A stretch of 64,000 nt of DNA from Dinghuibacter silviterrae (GCF_004366355.1 NZ_SODV01000002.1:410768-474767); one strand, 5' to 3'. Shown: positions 49,634-60,123, counted from the stretch's first letter. Program-made: numbers and translations. The notes: generated from the letters alone by a model not told the origin.

Positions 49634-50239
49634 CTAGAGCCTTGTAGGCGATTCCTCGAAGGTATGCAAAATATGGGTCGCCGAGGCGAGCTTGGCCTGT
49701 ACGGTGAGGAGGACGTCTTCGAGGGCGGCGCGCATTTGGCCGGGGTCGTCGTGGATATAGGCCGCATCGCGGGCTTCGATGAATTGCTGGATGGACCGGT
49801 GGAAGTCTTCGTTGGAGGTGATGGCGGCTTCGAGGATTTTGTTGCGTTCGGTGACGGTTCTTTGGAGGACGAACATGAGGTATTCGACTTGTTGGAAAAG
49901 GATGCCGAGCTCGTCGTTTGAATGTTTGGGTAAGGCCTGGAGCTGCCAGGTGGAGATGTATTGCTGGAGGGCGAGGTTACCGGACCGGAGGGGGCGCATC
50001 ATCCGGCTGATGATCAAAAGGGTGGCCCCGGTGCCGGCCAGCGTAAAAATAAGGATGGCGAAAAGGATCCGCAGGGTAGAGGGTGTTCCGGAGACGGAAA
50101 AAAAATAGACGAGCATACCGATTAGGGGGATGTGGATGCCGCAAAATGCACAGACCATGATCTTAAATGCGAACCGGTGGGTCATCTTGGCGGGGGTGGG
50201 TGCTTTCAGTTCCATAGCAGACAGGATATTAGAAAACAT
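49634..50239 (-). CDS. hypothetical membrane protein
   Basis: Two N-terminal TM helices and a helical cytoplasmic tail. No known motif. Confidence 0.45.
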   Translation of the reverse strand: MFSNILSAMELKAPTPAKMTHRFAFKIMVCAFCGIHIPLIGMLVYFFSVSGTPSTLRILFAILIFTLAGTGATLLIISRMMRPLRSGNLALQQYISTWQLQALPKHSNDELGILFQQVEYLMFVLQRTVTERNKILEAAITSNEDFHRSIQQFIEARDAAYIHDDPGQMRAALEDVLLTVQAKLASATHILHTFEESPTRL

Positions 50240-50253
50240 TGTAAATTGATGCC

Positions 50254-53055
50254 ATGAAGGTATTCATAACCGTTCTTTTCCTCGTTTCGATACAATATAA
50301 ACAATTTCTTTTCGCGCAAGACGTATTTGGGGGGAATCCTGCTTCGGTCCGTTGGCGGCAGCTGAATACGGATACGGCCAGGATCATCTATCCCGCGGGG
50401 ATGGATAGCCAGGCGCTGCGGGTGGCCCAGATTGTACACTACCTGAACCGTTCGACGGGGCATTCGATCGGGAACCGGTTGCGGAAGATCGACATCGTGT
50501 TTCAGAAGGATGTGACGTATGAGAACGGCTTTGTCGCCCTGGGGCCTTTCCGGAGCGAGTTTTACCTGAATCCCCCGCAGGATGTGTTTAGCCTGGGGAG
50601 CCTGCCCCCTTACGAAAACCTGGCCATCCATGAATACCGGCACGTACAGCAGTATACGAACTTCGACCGGGGGTTTTCGAAGGTGTTGTCTTATATCCTT
50701 GGTCAGCAGGGGCAGGACCTGGGGAACGCTTTGACGGTGCCGAACTGGTTTTTTGAAGGGGACGCGGTTTTCCAGGAGACGCTGGTGAGCCGGGAGGGTA
50801 GGGGAAGGTTACCGTCATTCTTGGATGATTTTACCGCGCTATGGGCAGGTAACCGGGAGTATACGTGGGAAAAGTGGCGCAACGGGTCTTACCGGGACCT
50901 GGTGCCGAACTGGTATCCCCTGGGCTTCATCCTGGTGTCTTATGGACGGGCGACGTATGGAACGGATGTCTGGAGGAATATCGCGGGAGACGCGGCGGCG
51001 GCCCGGGGTGGTTTCTACCCGTTTCAGAAGGCGGTGAAAAGATATACGGGGCTTTCATTCCAGGCCTTCCGGGATACGGCCATGCGTACCTATAAAGACC
51101 GGATCCTGGCGGGGGATACCGCGGTGGCCGGGCGTTTGCTGACGCCCTTGAAAAAACATGCACTGGTGACCTATCAACAGGCCTTTGACGGGGCGCAGGT
51201 TGTGGCGAAAGCCGGTTATGCGCAGGTCCCCGCGTTCTATGTACGGGGGCGTCGCCTCAGGACGATGGATGTCGTGCAGGATAACTATTTTTCCTACCAT
51301 AATGGAAAGGCCGTGTACGCCGCGTTTCAGCCGGACCTTCGGTGGGGGCTGAGGGAATACAACGACATCCGGCTCCTGGACGTCCGTACGGGGGAGCAAA
51401 AAACACTCACCCACAAGGCGCGTTACTTCGCCCCTGATATCTCTGCCGACGGACAAAAGGTCGTGGCGGTGAATATGCCATCGGAGGGCGCGGCCTCGCT
51501 CCGGATTCTGAGTACCGGTGACGGACACGTCCTGGATACGATGCCGAATCCGCACCGTTACTTCTATGTCATGCCGCGCTGGACGCCGGACGGGCAGCAT
51601 ATCGTGGCGGGTGTCAGGGATGGGGTCGGGCGGATGTCTCTTTTGTGGATGGACGCAGGCACGCACGAGGAAACATTGCTGCTACCCTTTTCCTTCCATG
51701 TACTGGCGTATCCCTATATAGCGGGGGATACCGTCTTCTTTTCGGCCCGGCAGGGGCAGGGGGAACAACTGATGGCTTTTGTAAAGGGGCAGGGGATGCT
51801 GTACCGGCTAACGGACGGGGTCAGGGCCTATTATATGCCGTCGGTTCAGGGAAACGAGGTCACGTGGACGACGCCTACAGCGGACGGCATGGCGTTGTAC
51901 ACGGCGCCCACCGCGAGCTTTCCCTGGACGCCTTTGGCGGCGGATTCTTTTGCGTTGAATGCAACGACGCCCTTGCTGCCCGCGGGTTTTACACAGGACA
52001 AGGCCCTGGATGCGCTGACGCGTCTGGACACGAATGTTTTTTACCCGTCAAAGGTGTATCATAAAGCCTCCCACCTGTTTAACTTCCATAGCTTCCGGCC
52101 TTACTACAGCAACCCGGACTGGTCTTTTACGGTGTATGGACAAAACGTCCTCAATACTTTCCAGTCGCAGGTAGGGTATGACTACAACCAGAACGAAGCC
52201 AGCAGCAATGTCAGCGCGGGCGCGACGTACGGGGCCTGGTATCCGTGGATCAGCGGGTCGGTGGGGTATACGACGCACCGCACCGGCGTGACGAACCGGG
52301 GGAACGTCGTTCACTGGGACGAGCTCCAGGCGGGGCTGGGGACGAGCGTGCCCCTGGACCTTTCGCATGGGCGGTTGTACCAGTTTCTGACACCGGCGTT
52401 TTCTGTCCATACGGATCAGCTGTCGATCCCGCCGGTGTATGGGAAATATTTCTCGACTTCCCACGTCGAATACCTTCAATACGACCTGACCTGGAGCACC
52501 CAGACACAGCAGACGCTCCAGCAGATCTTTCCGCACTGGGCCCATACTTTTTCGGCGGACTTTCAGCGGTCTACCTTAGGCGATCCCCTGGCTTGGCAGG
52601 TGCTGCTTCAAGGGTCGGTGTATCTGCCGGGGCTTTGGAAGAGCCACAGCCTGGTGCTGAACGGGGCGTACCAGCGGCGGGACACGCTGGGGCATTATAC
52701 GTTTACCAATGATTTTCCGATCTCCCGCGGGTATCCGGGGATCAATTTCCCGGAGATGTATAAGTGGGGTGTGAACTACCATTTTCCGCTGGCCTACCCG
52801 GACGCGGGCGTCGGAGGGATCGTCTACCTGCTCCGGCTAAGGGCGAACGTGCTGTACGACCAGACGTACCTGAACGGGCTGGTGCCCAATTCCCAATACC
52901 ACCTGCGTACGGCGGGGTTGGAGTTGTACTTCGATACGCAGTGGTGGAACCAGTTGCCGGTGAGTTTTGGGATCGGGTATTACCGGTTGCTTGACAACAA
53001 CCTTTTGGGGATCGGGCCGAACCAGTTCCAGATCCTGCTGCCGATCCTGTTCTAG
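50254..53055 (+). CDS. 933-aa exported protein: HExxH zincin-like motif, then beta-propeller (TolB/WD40-like) repeats, then C-terminal beta-barrel-like domain
   Basis: Signal peptide MKVFITVLFLVSIQYKQFLFAQ. HEYRH...FFEGDAVFQE (HExxH with a downstream Glu). Repeated PDG/ADGQ beta-propeller-like blades. C-terminal region rich in aromatic residues and Gly, ending ...LLPILF. Confidence 0.55.
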   Translation: MKVFITVLFLVSIQYKQFLFAQDVFGGNPASVRWRQLNTDTARIIYPAGMDSQALRVAQIVHYLNRSTGHSIGNRLRKIDIVFQKDVTYENGFVALGPFRSEFYLNPPQDVFSLGSLPPYENLAIHEYRHVQQYTNFDRGFSKVLSYILGQQGQDLGNALTVPNWFFEGDAVFQETLVSREGRGRLPSFLDDFTALWAGNREYTWEKWRNGSYRDLVPNWYPLGFILVSYGRATYGTDVWRNIAGDAAAARGGFYPFQKAVKRYTGLSFQAFRDTAMRTYKDRILAGDTAVAGRLLTPLKKHALVTYQQAFDGAQVVAKAGYAQVPAFYVRGRRLRTMDVVQDNYFSYHNGKAVYAAFQPDLRWGLREYNDIRLLDVRTGEQKTLTHKARYFAPDISADGQKVVAVNMPSEGAASLRILSTGDGHVLDTMPNPHRYFYVMPRWTPDGQHIVAGVRDGVGRMSLLWMDAGTHEETLLLPFSFHVLAYPYIAGDTVFFSARQGQGEQLMAFVKGQGMLYRLTDGVRAYYMPSVQGNEVTWTTPTADGMALYTAPTASFPWTPLAADSFALNATTPLLPAGFTQDKALDALTRLDTNVFYPSKVYHKASHLFNFHSFRPYYSNPDWSFTVYGQNVLNTFQSQVGYDYNQNEASSNVSAGATYGAWYPWISGSVGYTTHRTGVTNRGNVVHWDELQAGLGTSVPLDLSHGRLYQFLTPAFSVHTDQLSIPPVYGKYFSTSHVEYLQYDLTWSTQTQQTLQQIFPHWAHTFSADFQRSTLGDPLAWQVLLQGSVYLPGLWKSHSLVLNGAYQRRDTLGHYTFTNDFPISRGYPGINFPEMYKWGVNYHFPLAYPDAGVGGIVYLLRLRANVLYDQTYLNGLVPNSQYHLRTAGLELYFDTQWWNQLPVSFGIGYYRLLDNNLLGIGPNQFQILLPILF

Positions 53056-53465
53056 CGTATATCGAGCTCCAGGTCAGGCGCGAGCGCTTTTGCGCCCTTC
53101 GCATCTTTGACGATGACATTGTCTATAAAAAAAGCATCGCCGGGTTGTACCTGTTCCGCGATGTTGGCGCTCCACGCGGTGTCGATGGTGGAGGCGTAGA
53201 AAATGCGGGAGAAGAGGCGGAAGGTGGTGTCTATCTTGCCGGTGGAGTCCTGGTAAAAGGACTGCTGGCGGAAGCTGAAACGGAAACGGGTGACGGTGTA
53301 GGTGCCGCCCTTGTCGTCGGTGACGGTGACCGGAACGGACAGTACGGTACGGGCGACGTTGGTGTCGATGATACCGCCGGCCTGGCTGCCCCAGGTAGTT
53401 TTGAGGCGGACCGGGGCCGCAGCACACAAGAACAGGAAGGGTACGATATACAATAATCGGGTCAT
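53052..53465 (-). CDS. hypothetical exported protein
   Basis: Signal peptide MTRLLYIVPFLFLCAAAPV. 137 aa. No motif. Confidence 0.45.
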   Translation of the reverse strand: MTRLLYIVPFLFLCAAAPVRLKTTWGSQAGGIIDTNVARTVLSVPVTVTDDKGGTYTVTRFRFSFRQQSFYQDSTGKIDTTFRLFSRIFYASTIDTAWSANIAEQVQPGDAFFIDNVIVKDAKGAKALAPDLELDIR

Positions 53466-53481
53466 AACAGGCGCAGCCCTT

Positions 53482-56208
53482 TTACCCCAGGGCCAGGAGG
53501 TTTTCTTCCAGCGTTTTGATCTTTGCCAGGGCGTCTGCCTTTTTCTTGCGTTCGAGCTCGATGACTTCGGGGCGGGCGCCGGCAACGAAGCGTTCGTTGC
53601 CCAGCTTCTTTTCCACCGAATCCAGGAACCGGCGCTGGTAGTCCAGGTCTTTTTGGAGCTGGGCTTTTTGCAGACCGGTGTCGAGGGTGTGCGGGGCTTT
53701 CAGGGCAAAGCCCGTGGTTCCGACGACAACGGATACCGCCCCGGCTTCGGGTTCGGTATTGATATAAACGTTTTCGGCGCCGGTTTGTTTTTGCAGGAGG
53801 GAAATCATCCGGTCTACGGGTTCCTTTGTCTGGATCCAGAGCTGGATGAGGTCCTTGGGTTTTATCTGTTGTTTGTTGCGGGCGTCACGGATGGAAGTGA
53901 TGGCGTTTTTGAGAAAGAGCCCTTGTTCCAGGATCGCTTTATCGGGCGGGGCGCTTGCGACCCACTGGGCAATGCAGAGGTCGTCACCTTCGGCCCTTTC
54001 CTTTAGCAGGTGGTAGATCTCTTCCGTGATAAAGGGCATATAAGGATGAAGGAGCTCCATGAGCCGGTCGAAGAAACGGACGGTATGGGCGTAGACGGCC
54101 GCGGAGATGGGTTGTTCAAAACCGGGTTTGACCCATTCGAGGTACCAGCTGCAGAAGTCGTCCCAGATCAGGGAGTAGATCGTCTTGAGGGCTTCACTGA
54201 GGCGGAAGTCGGCAAAAAGGGCGTCGACCTCGGCGCGGACTTCGCGGAGGCGGTGGTCGAACCATTCGACGGCGAAGGGGAGGGCGTCGCCGGCAAGGGG
54301 CGCCGCGCCGGGCCCACCGGCCGCGTTGGGCGCCTGCCGCGCCTCCCACATCTTGACGAGCTTTAGCGCGTTCCACAGCTTGTTGTTGAAGTTGCGCCCC
54401 TGCTCCAGGGAAGCCTCGTCAAACAGGAGGTCATTCCCCGCAGGCGCAGCGATCATGATCCCGAAACGGGTGGAGTCGGCGCCATAGCGGTCGATGAGGT
54501 CAAGCAGGTCGGGCGAGTTGCCGAGGCTCTTGCTCATCTTGCGGCCCTGTTTGTCGCGGACCATCCCGGTGAAATAGACGTCGTCGAAGGGGCGGAGGTG
54601 TTCGAATTCCATACCGGCCATGATCATGCGCGCGACCCAGAAGAAAATGATGTCCTGGCCGGTCACGAGGACGGTGGTGGGGTAATAATATTTCAGCTCG
54701 GCGTTGCCGGGTTGGGTGATGCCGTGGAAAACTTCGATGGGCCAGATCCAACTGGAGAACCAGGTGTCGAGGACGTCGGGGTCCTGGCGGAGGTCCTCCG
54801 CGCGGAGGGCGCTGTAGGCAGCGGCGGTCGCCGATGGCGCGGCGGCGCCGCCGCCCGCACCAGCAGGCTGCGCCTCGCGCGCTTGAAACTGTGCGAGCGC
54901 TTCTTCCACGGTCGCGGCGACCTCAAAGGTCCCGTCGGGCGCGAAGAACGCCGGGATTTGCTGCCCCCACCACAATTGCCGGCTGATACACCAGTCCTTG
55001 ACGTTCTCCAGCCAATACCGGTAGGTCGCGAGGAACTTGTCGCCGGGGTGGATGCGGACGTCGCCGTCGTTGACGGCGGCCAGCGCGGGGCCGGCGAGGT
55101 CTTGCATCTTTAGGAACCATTGGGTGGAGATGCGGGGCTCAACGACGGTGTCGGGGTTACGCTGGCTATAGCCGAGGCGGGTGGCGTACGATTCGGTACC
55201 GACGAGGAGTCCGGCTTCGTTCAGCGCAGCGACGACTTTTTTGCGTGCGACAAAGCGGTCTTCGCCGACGAAGACTTCGGCGGCGGCGCTGAGGGTGCCG
55301 TCGTCATTGAGCGTGTCGATGATGGGCAGATGATGCTTCAGCCCCAGGTTATAGTCATTGATGTCGTGGGCGGGGGTCACCTTGAGTGCACCGGTACCAA
55401 AGGTGGGGTCGACATAGTCGTCGAAGATGATGGGCACGGGGCGGTTGACCAGCGGGACAACGGCCTTCCATCCCCGCAGGTGCCGGTAGCGCTCGTCGCC
55501 GGGGTTGACACAGATGGCGGTGTCGCCCATGATCGTTTCGGGGCGCTGGGTGGCGATGGTAATGAACTCGCCGGACGGCGCCCCGGAGGCATCGAGCAAC
55601 GGGTACCGGACGTGGTACAACTGTCCCTGGAGCTCCTTGTATTCTACTTCCTCATCGCTGAGGGCGGTTTTGGCTTTCGGGTCCCAGTTGATCATGCGGG
55701 CGCCGCGGTAGATGAGGCCCTTGCCATAGAGGTCGATAAAGATCCGGATGACGGCCTTGTAATAGTGATCGTCCATGGTGAAGCTGACGCGGTCCCAGTC
55801 GACCGAGCAACCCAGCTTGCGGATCTGGCTATAGATGATGCCCCCGTACTTGTCCTTCCATTCAAAGGCATGCCGGAGGAAGGCTTCGCGTGTGAGCGAT
55901 GATTTTTCGATACCCTTTTCCTTGAGCATATTGACGACTCGCGCCTCGGTGGCGATGGAGGCATGGTCGCTTCCGGGAACCCAGCAGGCATTATACCCGT
56001 TCATACGGGCTTTCCGGACAAGCGTGTCCTGTACGGTCTCGTTCAGGGTATGACCCATGTGGAGCACGCCGGTGACATTGGGCGGGGGGATGACGACGGT
56101 GAACGCTTTCCTGTTGTCCGGTTTGCTGTTGAAATAACGCTTGTCCAGCCAATGTTGGTACCAGTTGTCCTCTACCTGGGAGGGGATATAATTCTTGCTT
56201 AATTCCAT
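53482..56208 (-). CDS. valS: valine--tRNA ligase
   Basis: HMGH (HIGH motif), KMSKS, editing domain, C-terminal coiled coil. Two Ala/Gly-rich low-complexity insertions. Confidence 0.9.
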   Translation of the reverse strand: MELSKNYIPSQVEDNWYQHWLDKRYFNSKPDNRKAFTVVIPPPNVTGVLHMGHTLNETVQDTLVRKARMNGYNACWVPGSDHASIATEARVVNMLKEKGIEKSSLTREAFLRHAFEWKDKYGGIIYSQIRKLGCSVDWDRVSFTMDDHYYKAVIRIFIDLYGKGLIYRGARMINWDPKAKTALSDEEVEYKELQGQLYHVRYPLLDASGAPSGEFITIATQRPETIMGDTAICVNPGDERYRHLRGWKAVVPLVNRPVPIIFDDYVDPTFGTGALKVTPAHDINDYNLGLKHHLPIIDTLNDDGTLSAAAEVFVGEDRFVARKKVVAALNEAGLLVGTESYATRLGYSQRNPDTVVEPRISTQWFLKMQDLAGPALAAVNDGDVRIHPGDKFLATYRYWLENVKDWCISRQLWWGQQIPAFFAPDGTFEVAATVEEALAQFQAREAQPAGAGGGAAAPSATAAAYSALRAEDLRQDPDVLDTWFSSWIWPIEVFHGITQPGNAELKYYYPTTVLVTGQDIIFFWVARMIMAGMEFEHLRPFDDVYFTGMVRDKQGRKMSKSLGNSPDLLDLIDRYGADSTRFGIMIAAPAGNDLLFDEASLEQGRNFNNKLWNALKLVKMWEARQAPNAAGGPGAAPLAGDALPFAVEWFDHRLREVRAEVDALFADFRLSEALKTIYSLIWDDFCSWYLEWVKPGFEQPISAAVYAHTVRFFDRLMELLHPYMPFITEEIYHLLKERAEGDDLCIAQWVASAPPDKAILEQGLFLKNAITSIRDARNKQQIKPKDLIQLWIQTKEPVDRMISLLQKQTGAENVYINTEPEAGAVSVVVGTTGFALKAPHTLDTGLQKAQLQKDLDYQRRFLDSVEKKLGNERFVAGARPEVIELERKKKADALAKIKTLEENLLALG

Positions 56209-56252
56209 GGGAGGGCAAAAATACTGTATTTTTCCCCTCAAATCTCCCTGAA

Positions 56253-58691
56253 ATGCACCCTATAAGGCTTTTGAGAACACCGGTGTTGATGTCGTTAGCG
56301 CTTTTTTGGACGGTGACCCTCCACGCCCAGCACCACCACAAGGCGGTCGTCCCGATACAGCAGCGCATCCTCCAGCAGGTGGACCAGAATGATTCGGTGA
56401 TTAAGGTGACGGGGGCTTCGGATACGGTGGTGCCCTATTTGTTGGGCAAACAGGAAAGACTTTCGCTGGCGATCAACCAGATCGGGACGTTTTACCAACA
56501 CGGATTCGATACCATTGCCATCTCGATAGAACTGCCCACGGTGGAGGCCGGGTTAGCCCGGTTCAAGGACTTCCTGGCCACCCGTGGACAGCAAATGAAT
56601 TTGCGAAGCCTGAACAGTTTCCTGGTCCTCATGTCGGAATCCACGGAAAAATTGAAAGGCTGGCAGAATACGCTCAATGGCTATTCCCAGGAGATGAACG
56701 CCATATCGGGCGAGGTGGAGAATATCGTGGACGACTCCACGATCAAAACCCTTCCCGCCGACTCGGCCTTGTACCAGGTGGCGGTACAGGAGCTCCGGAT
56801 CATCGATTCCCAATACAAACAGGTGGATTCCCTGCAGCGGACGGGTTTTACACGGATCGGGTTGTTGCAGAAACGCGTGGAAATGGCTTACCTGGCGGCC
56901 AACGACATCAGCGATGAAGTGAATTACCGCATCAAGCATGTCAAGGAAGAGATCTGGAACAGGGAAGAAAATGAGCTCTGGGGCATCCGGCCGGCGGAGT
57001 ATAAAACCAACCTGTTTACCATCATCGGCGAGGGTTTCTCCCGCGCTTACCGGGTCATCGGGTTTTATATGACGAGCACCTGGGATACGCGCAGCATCAA
57101 CCTGGTCGTGTTGGTCGTGCTGGTGCTGTGGACTTGGGCTAACCTTTTCAGAATCAAACGCAAAGGGGATAAGGTCGCTTCCCTGGCGCCGGTCCATTTC
57201 CTGCGCCGGAGCATCCTGGTCGGGTGTATCGTGCTGGTGATGACTTTCGGTGCCTTCCTGGAAACCAATATACCCATGTCTTACCTGCACTTCACGGGGA
57301 TCCTGGAGTTGATCGGTCTCGGCTACCTGTTGTATCCCTACCTGACCAGGGAGGGACGGCGGCTGGGTCTTTGGCTGGCCATCCTTTGGGTGGGCTATGC
57401 CATAGACGACCTGCTGGGTGAAACGGCTTACCTGGAACGCTGGTTGCTGGTGGCCGGAGCGATTGCAAGCCTGCTTCTTTGTTACCGGTTGTTGCGGTCC
57501 CCGGGGAAGCTGCTCGCCGGGATCACCTATCCGTCTATTTTCCGGAGCCTGGTGGTGGTTACGACGATCTTTTCCACCCTGTCATTGGGTTTTAACGTGG
57601 CCGGCAGGACCACGCTGTCGAAACTGTTTGGCCTCACCGGGATCCACAGCCTGATGTACGCCGCGTTGCTTTGGGTATCGTCGACGATCGTCCTGGAGAT
57701 CATCTATATGCAGTCGGAGGCCTACAAGGAAAGCCGGTTCTCGGCCTTTTTGAATTTCACCGAGCTGAGAAAACGCTTTCAGTTTTTCCTGCGTCTTTTC
57801 TCCGGTCTTTTCTGGTTGATCATGTTCACCCGGAACATGAGCATTTTCGAGCCCTTGTACGAGCTGACGGCGGACTTCATCGCCAAACAAAGGACCCTGG
57901 GTAGCATTACCTTCAGCTTTGGCAGCGTGTTTGTCTTCCTGCTGATCATTTGGATCGCCTCCTTTCTTTCCCAATTCATCAATTTCCTTTTTGGATCGGG
58001 TCAGGAGGGCCGTAAAGGCAAGATGGGCACCATGGCCCTGATCGTCCGGCTGGGGGTATTGACCATCGGCTTCCTGATCGCCGTCGGGGCGGCCGGTATT
58101 CCCCTGGAAAAAATATCCTTTATCATCGGCGCCCTGGGTGTGGGCATCGGTTTTGGTCTCCAAACCATCGTCAACAACCTCGTCAGCGGGATCATCCTGG
58201 CTTTCGAACGGCCGATACAGGTGGGGGACCAGATCGAAGTGGCGGGCCGCTCGGGGATCGTCAAGGAGATCGGGATCCGGGCCAGCAAGATTTCCAACTT
58301 CGAAGGCGCGGACATCATCATCCCCAACGGCGACCTGCTGAGCCAACACCTCGTCAACTGGACCCTGTCCAACCGGAACCGGAGGGTGGAGGTCAGGGTA
58401 CGGGTCGACCAGGCGTCGGACGTGGCCCAGGTAACCGACGTCCTCAAAGGCGTCCTGAGCGCGCACAAAGATATCATGAGCAGCCCCGGCCCCTCGGTCC
58501 TGATCAGTGGTTTTGCGGGGAACTGGGTGGAATTCCAGCTGTTGTTCTGGGCGGAAGACCTGGGGAATACGGGGAGTCTTACACACGCGGTCATTTCCGA
58601 GCTAAAAGACGCTTTTACCCGGGAAAAGATCCGGTTGGTCAATCCCGCTCAGGATATTTACGTACGGGAAACGGGGGAAAAGGAAATGTAA
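56253..58691 (+). CDS. mechanosensitive ion channel family protein (MscS/MscK-like) with large N-terminal periplasmic and TM domains
   Basis: Signal peptide. Coiled-coil periplasmic region. Eight to ten TM helices. MscS core GFGLQTIVNNLVSGIILAFERPIQVGDQIEV. Confidence 0.85.
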   Translation: MHPIRLLRTPVLMSLALFWTVTLHAQHHHKAVVPIQQRILQQVDQNDSVIKVTGASDTVVPYLLGKQERLSLAINQIGTFYQHGFDTIAISIELPTVEAGLARFKDFLATRGQQMNLRSLNSFLVLMSESTEKLKGWQNTLNGYSQEMNAISGEVENIVDDSTIKTLPADSALYQVAVQELRIIDSQYKQVDSLQRTGFTRIGLLQKRVEMAYLAANDISDEVNYRIKHVKEEIWNREENELWGIRPAEYKTNLFTIIGEGFSRAYRVIGFYMTSTWDTRSINLVVLVVLVLWTWANLFRIKRKGDKVASLAPVHFLRRSILVGCIVLVMTFGAFLETNIPMSYLHFTGILELIGLGYLLYPYLTREGRRLGLWLAILWVGYAIDDLLGETAYLERWLLVAGAIASLLLCYRLLRSPGKLLAGITYPSIFRSLVVVTTIFSTLSLGFNVAGRTTLSKLFGLTGIHSLMYAALLWVSSTIVLEIIYMQSEAYKESRFSAFLNFTELRKRFQFFLRLFSGLFWLIMFTRNMSIFEPLYELTADFIAKQRTLGSITFSFGSVFVFLLIIWIASFLSQFINFLFGSGQEGRKGKMGTMALIVRLGVLTIGFLIAVGAAGIPLEKISFIIGALGVGIGFGLQTIVNNLVSGIILAFERPIQVGDQIEVAGRSGIVKEIGIRASKISNFEGADIIIPNGDLLSQHLVNWTLSNRNRRVEVRVRVDQASDVAQVTDVLKGVLSAHKDIMSSPGPSVLISGFAGNWVEFQLLFWAEDLGNTGSLTHAVISELKDAFTREKIRLVNPAQDIYVRETGEKEM

Positions 58692-58709
58692 TACCTTTGC
58701 ACAGTCCCC

Positions 58710-60062
58710 ATGCTCTACGCGGTCGTCGATATTGAAACCACCGGGAGCCATGCCAGCGAGCACGGCATTACCGAGATCGGTATCGTCATCACCGACGGCA
58801 AACGGGTGCTGGAGTTTTACGAAACCCTGGTCAACCCCGAACAGCCTATCCCGCCTTTTATCCAGGTCCTGACCGGCATCGATGACGAGATGGTGGCCTC
58901 GGCCCCGCTTTTTGAAGAGGTGGCCCCCCGCATCTTCGAGCTTTTGCAGGACAAGGTTTTTGTCGCGCACAACGTCAACTTCGACTATTCTTTTGTACAG
59001 CACCACCTGCGCCACGCGGGGTTTGGGTTGAATACACGCAAGCTTTGCACGGTCCGGCTTTCGCGTAAAGTTTTCCCGGGTCTGGCGGGGTATAGCCTTG
59101 GCAAGCTGACCCGGCAATTGGGCGTGACCATGGAACGGCACCACCGGGCCGGGGCGGACGCGCAGGCAACGGCGGAAGTGCTCCACCGCATCCTGGGGGA
59201 AGACCGGGGCGGTCACGTGGAGGCCATGCTGAAAAGCAAACAACACCAGCAACAGCTCCCCCCGAACTTGTCGGAAACGCTCATCCAGCAACTGCCGACC
59301 GGTCCCGGGGTGTACTACTTCCACGACGCCCACGGCAAGGTGGTCTACGTGGGCAAAGCCAACAACCTGAAAAAGCGGGTCCTGGGGCATTTTGCCGGGA
59401 ACGATACGGGGCTCAAACGCCAGTCTTTCCTGGGCCATATTCACGAAGTGACCTTCCAGGTCTGCGGGTCGGAGCTTATGGCTTTTATCCTCGAACACGC
59501 CGAGATCCGGCGGCTCTGGCCCCTGTTCAACTATGCCCACAAACACCCCGTGGAAGCGTTTAGCCTCTATGTTTTCGAGGACGTCAAAGGGTACCTCCAC
59601 CTGGTCCTGGACGGGAAGAAAAAGCACCTCGAACCCGTATATACATTTAACATGCTCGTCGAAGGTCAGTCCATGCTGCGCAAACTGATCCAGCAGTTTG
59701 ACCTTTGTCCGCGGATGTGTTTCCTGGACAGGACCGCGGGCCCCTTCCTTTACGAGGAACGCGGGGAGGCGGTGGAGGCCTACAATGCCAGGGTGATGGA
59801 GGCCGTGGCGTCGTTGCGGAAAAGCCTGCCTACTTTCGCCGTCGTCGAACGCGCGGAAGGGTCGGCGGACGAGGCGTGCATCCTTATGGAAGAAGGCCGG
59901 TTCTACGGGATGGGTTACCTGCCCAGGGGCGTACCCGTACCCCAGGTGGAAGAACTCAAAAATATGCTCACGCCCTATCCCGATCATGATTATATACGGG
60001 GGTTGATCTACAGATACATACAACGGTGGCCAGGGAAAAAAATAGAGTTAGCTACAGTCTAG
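58710..60062 (+). CDS. DnaQ-like 3'-5' exonuclease (DEDDh) fused to a GIY-YIG nuclease domain
   Basis: Exo motifs VVDIETTG, FVAHNVNFDY, HRAGADA. Then GIY-YIG (GVYYFHDAHGKVVYVGKANNLKKR). Confidence 0.85.
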   Translation: MLYAVVDIETTGSHASEHGITEIGIVITDGKRVLEFYETLVNPEQPIPPFIQVLTGIDDEMVASAPLFEEVAPRIFELLQDKVFVAHNVNFDYSFVQHHLRHAGFGLNTRKLCTVRLSRKVFPGLAGYSLGKLTRQLGVTMERHHRAGADAQATAEVLHRILGEDRGGHVEAMLKSKQHQQQLPPNLSETLIQQLPTGPGVYYFHDAHGKVVYVGKANNLKKRVLGHFAGNDTGLKRQSFLGHIHEVTFQVCGSELMAFILEHAEIRRLWPLFNYAHKHPVEAFSLYVFEDVKGYLHLVLDGKKKHLEPVYTFNMLVEGQSMLRKLIQQFDLCPRMCFLDRTAGPFLYEERGEAVEAYNARVMEAVASLRKSLPTFAVVERAEGSADEACILMEEGRFYGMGYLPRGVPVPQVEELKNMLTPYPDHDYIRGLIYRYIQRWPGKKIELATV

Positions 60063-60123
60063 CGGGCCACAGGCCCGCTGCCCGAAGGGGGCCCCGTAGG
60101 GGCCCGACCGCAGGTCATTAGCG

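Noticed and set aside
57582-58586. 334-aa and 213-aa ORFs antisense to the MscS-family gene
   Set aside because: The MscS core motif is on the plus strand. The antisense frames are charged low-complexity sequence.
58602-60023. 473-aa ORF antisense to the DnaQ/GIY-YIG gene
   Set aside because: The plus frame contains exonuclease and GIY-YIG motifs. The antisense frame does not.
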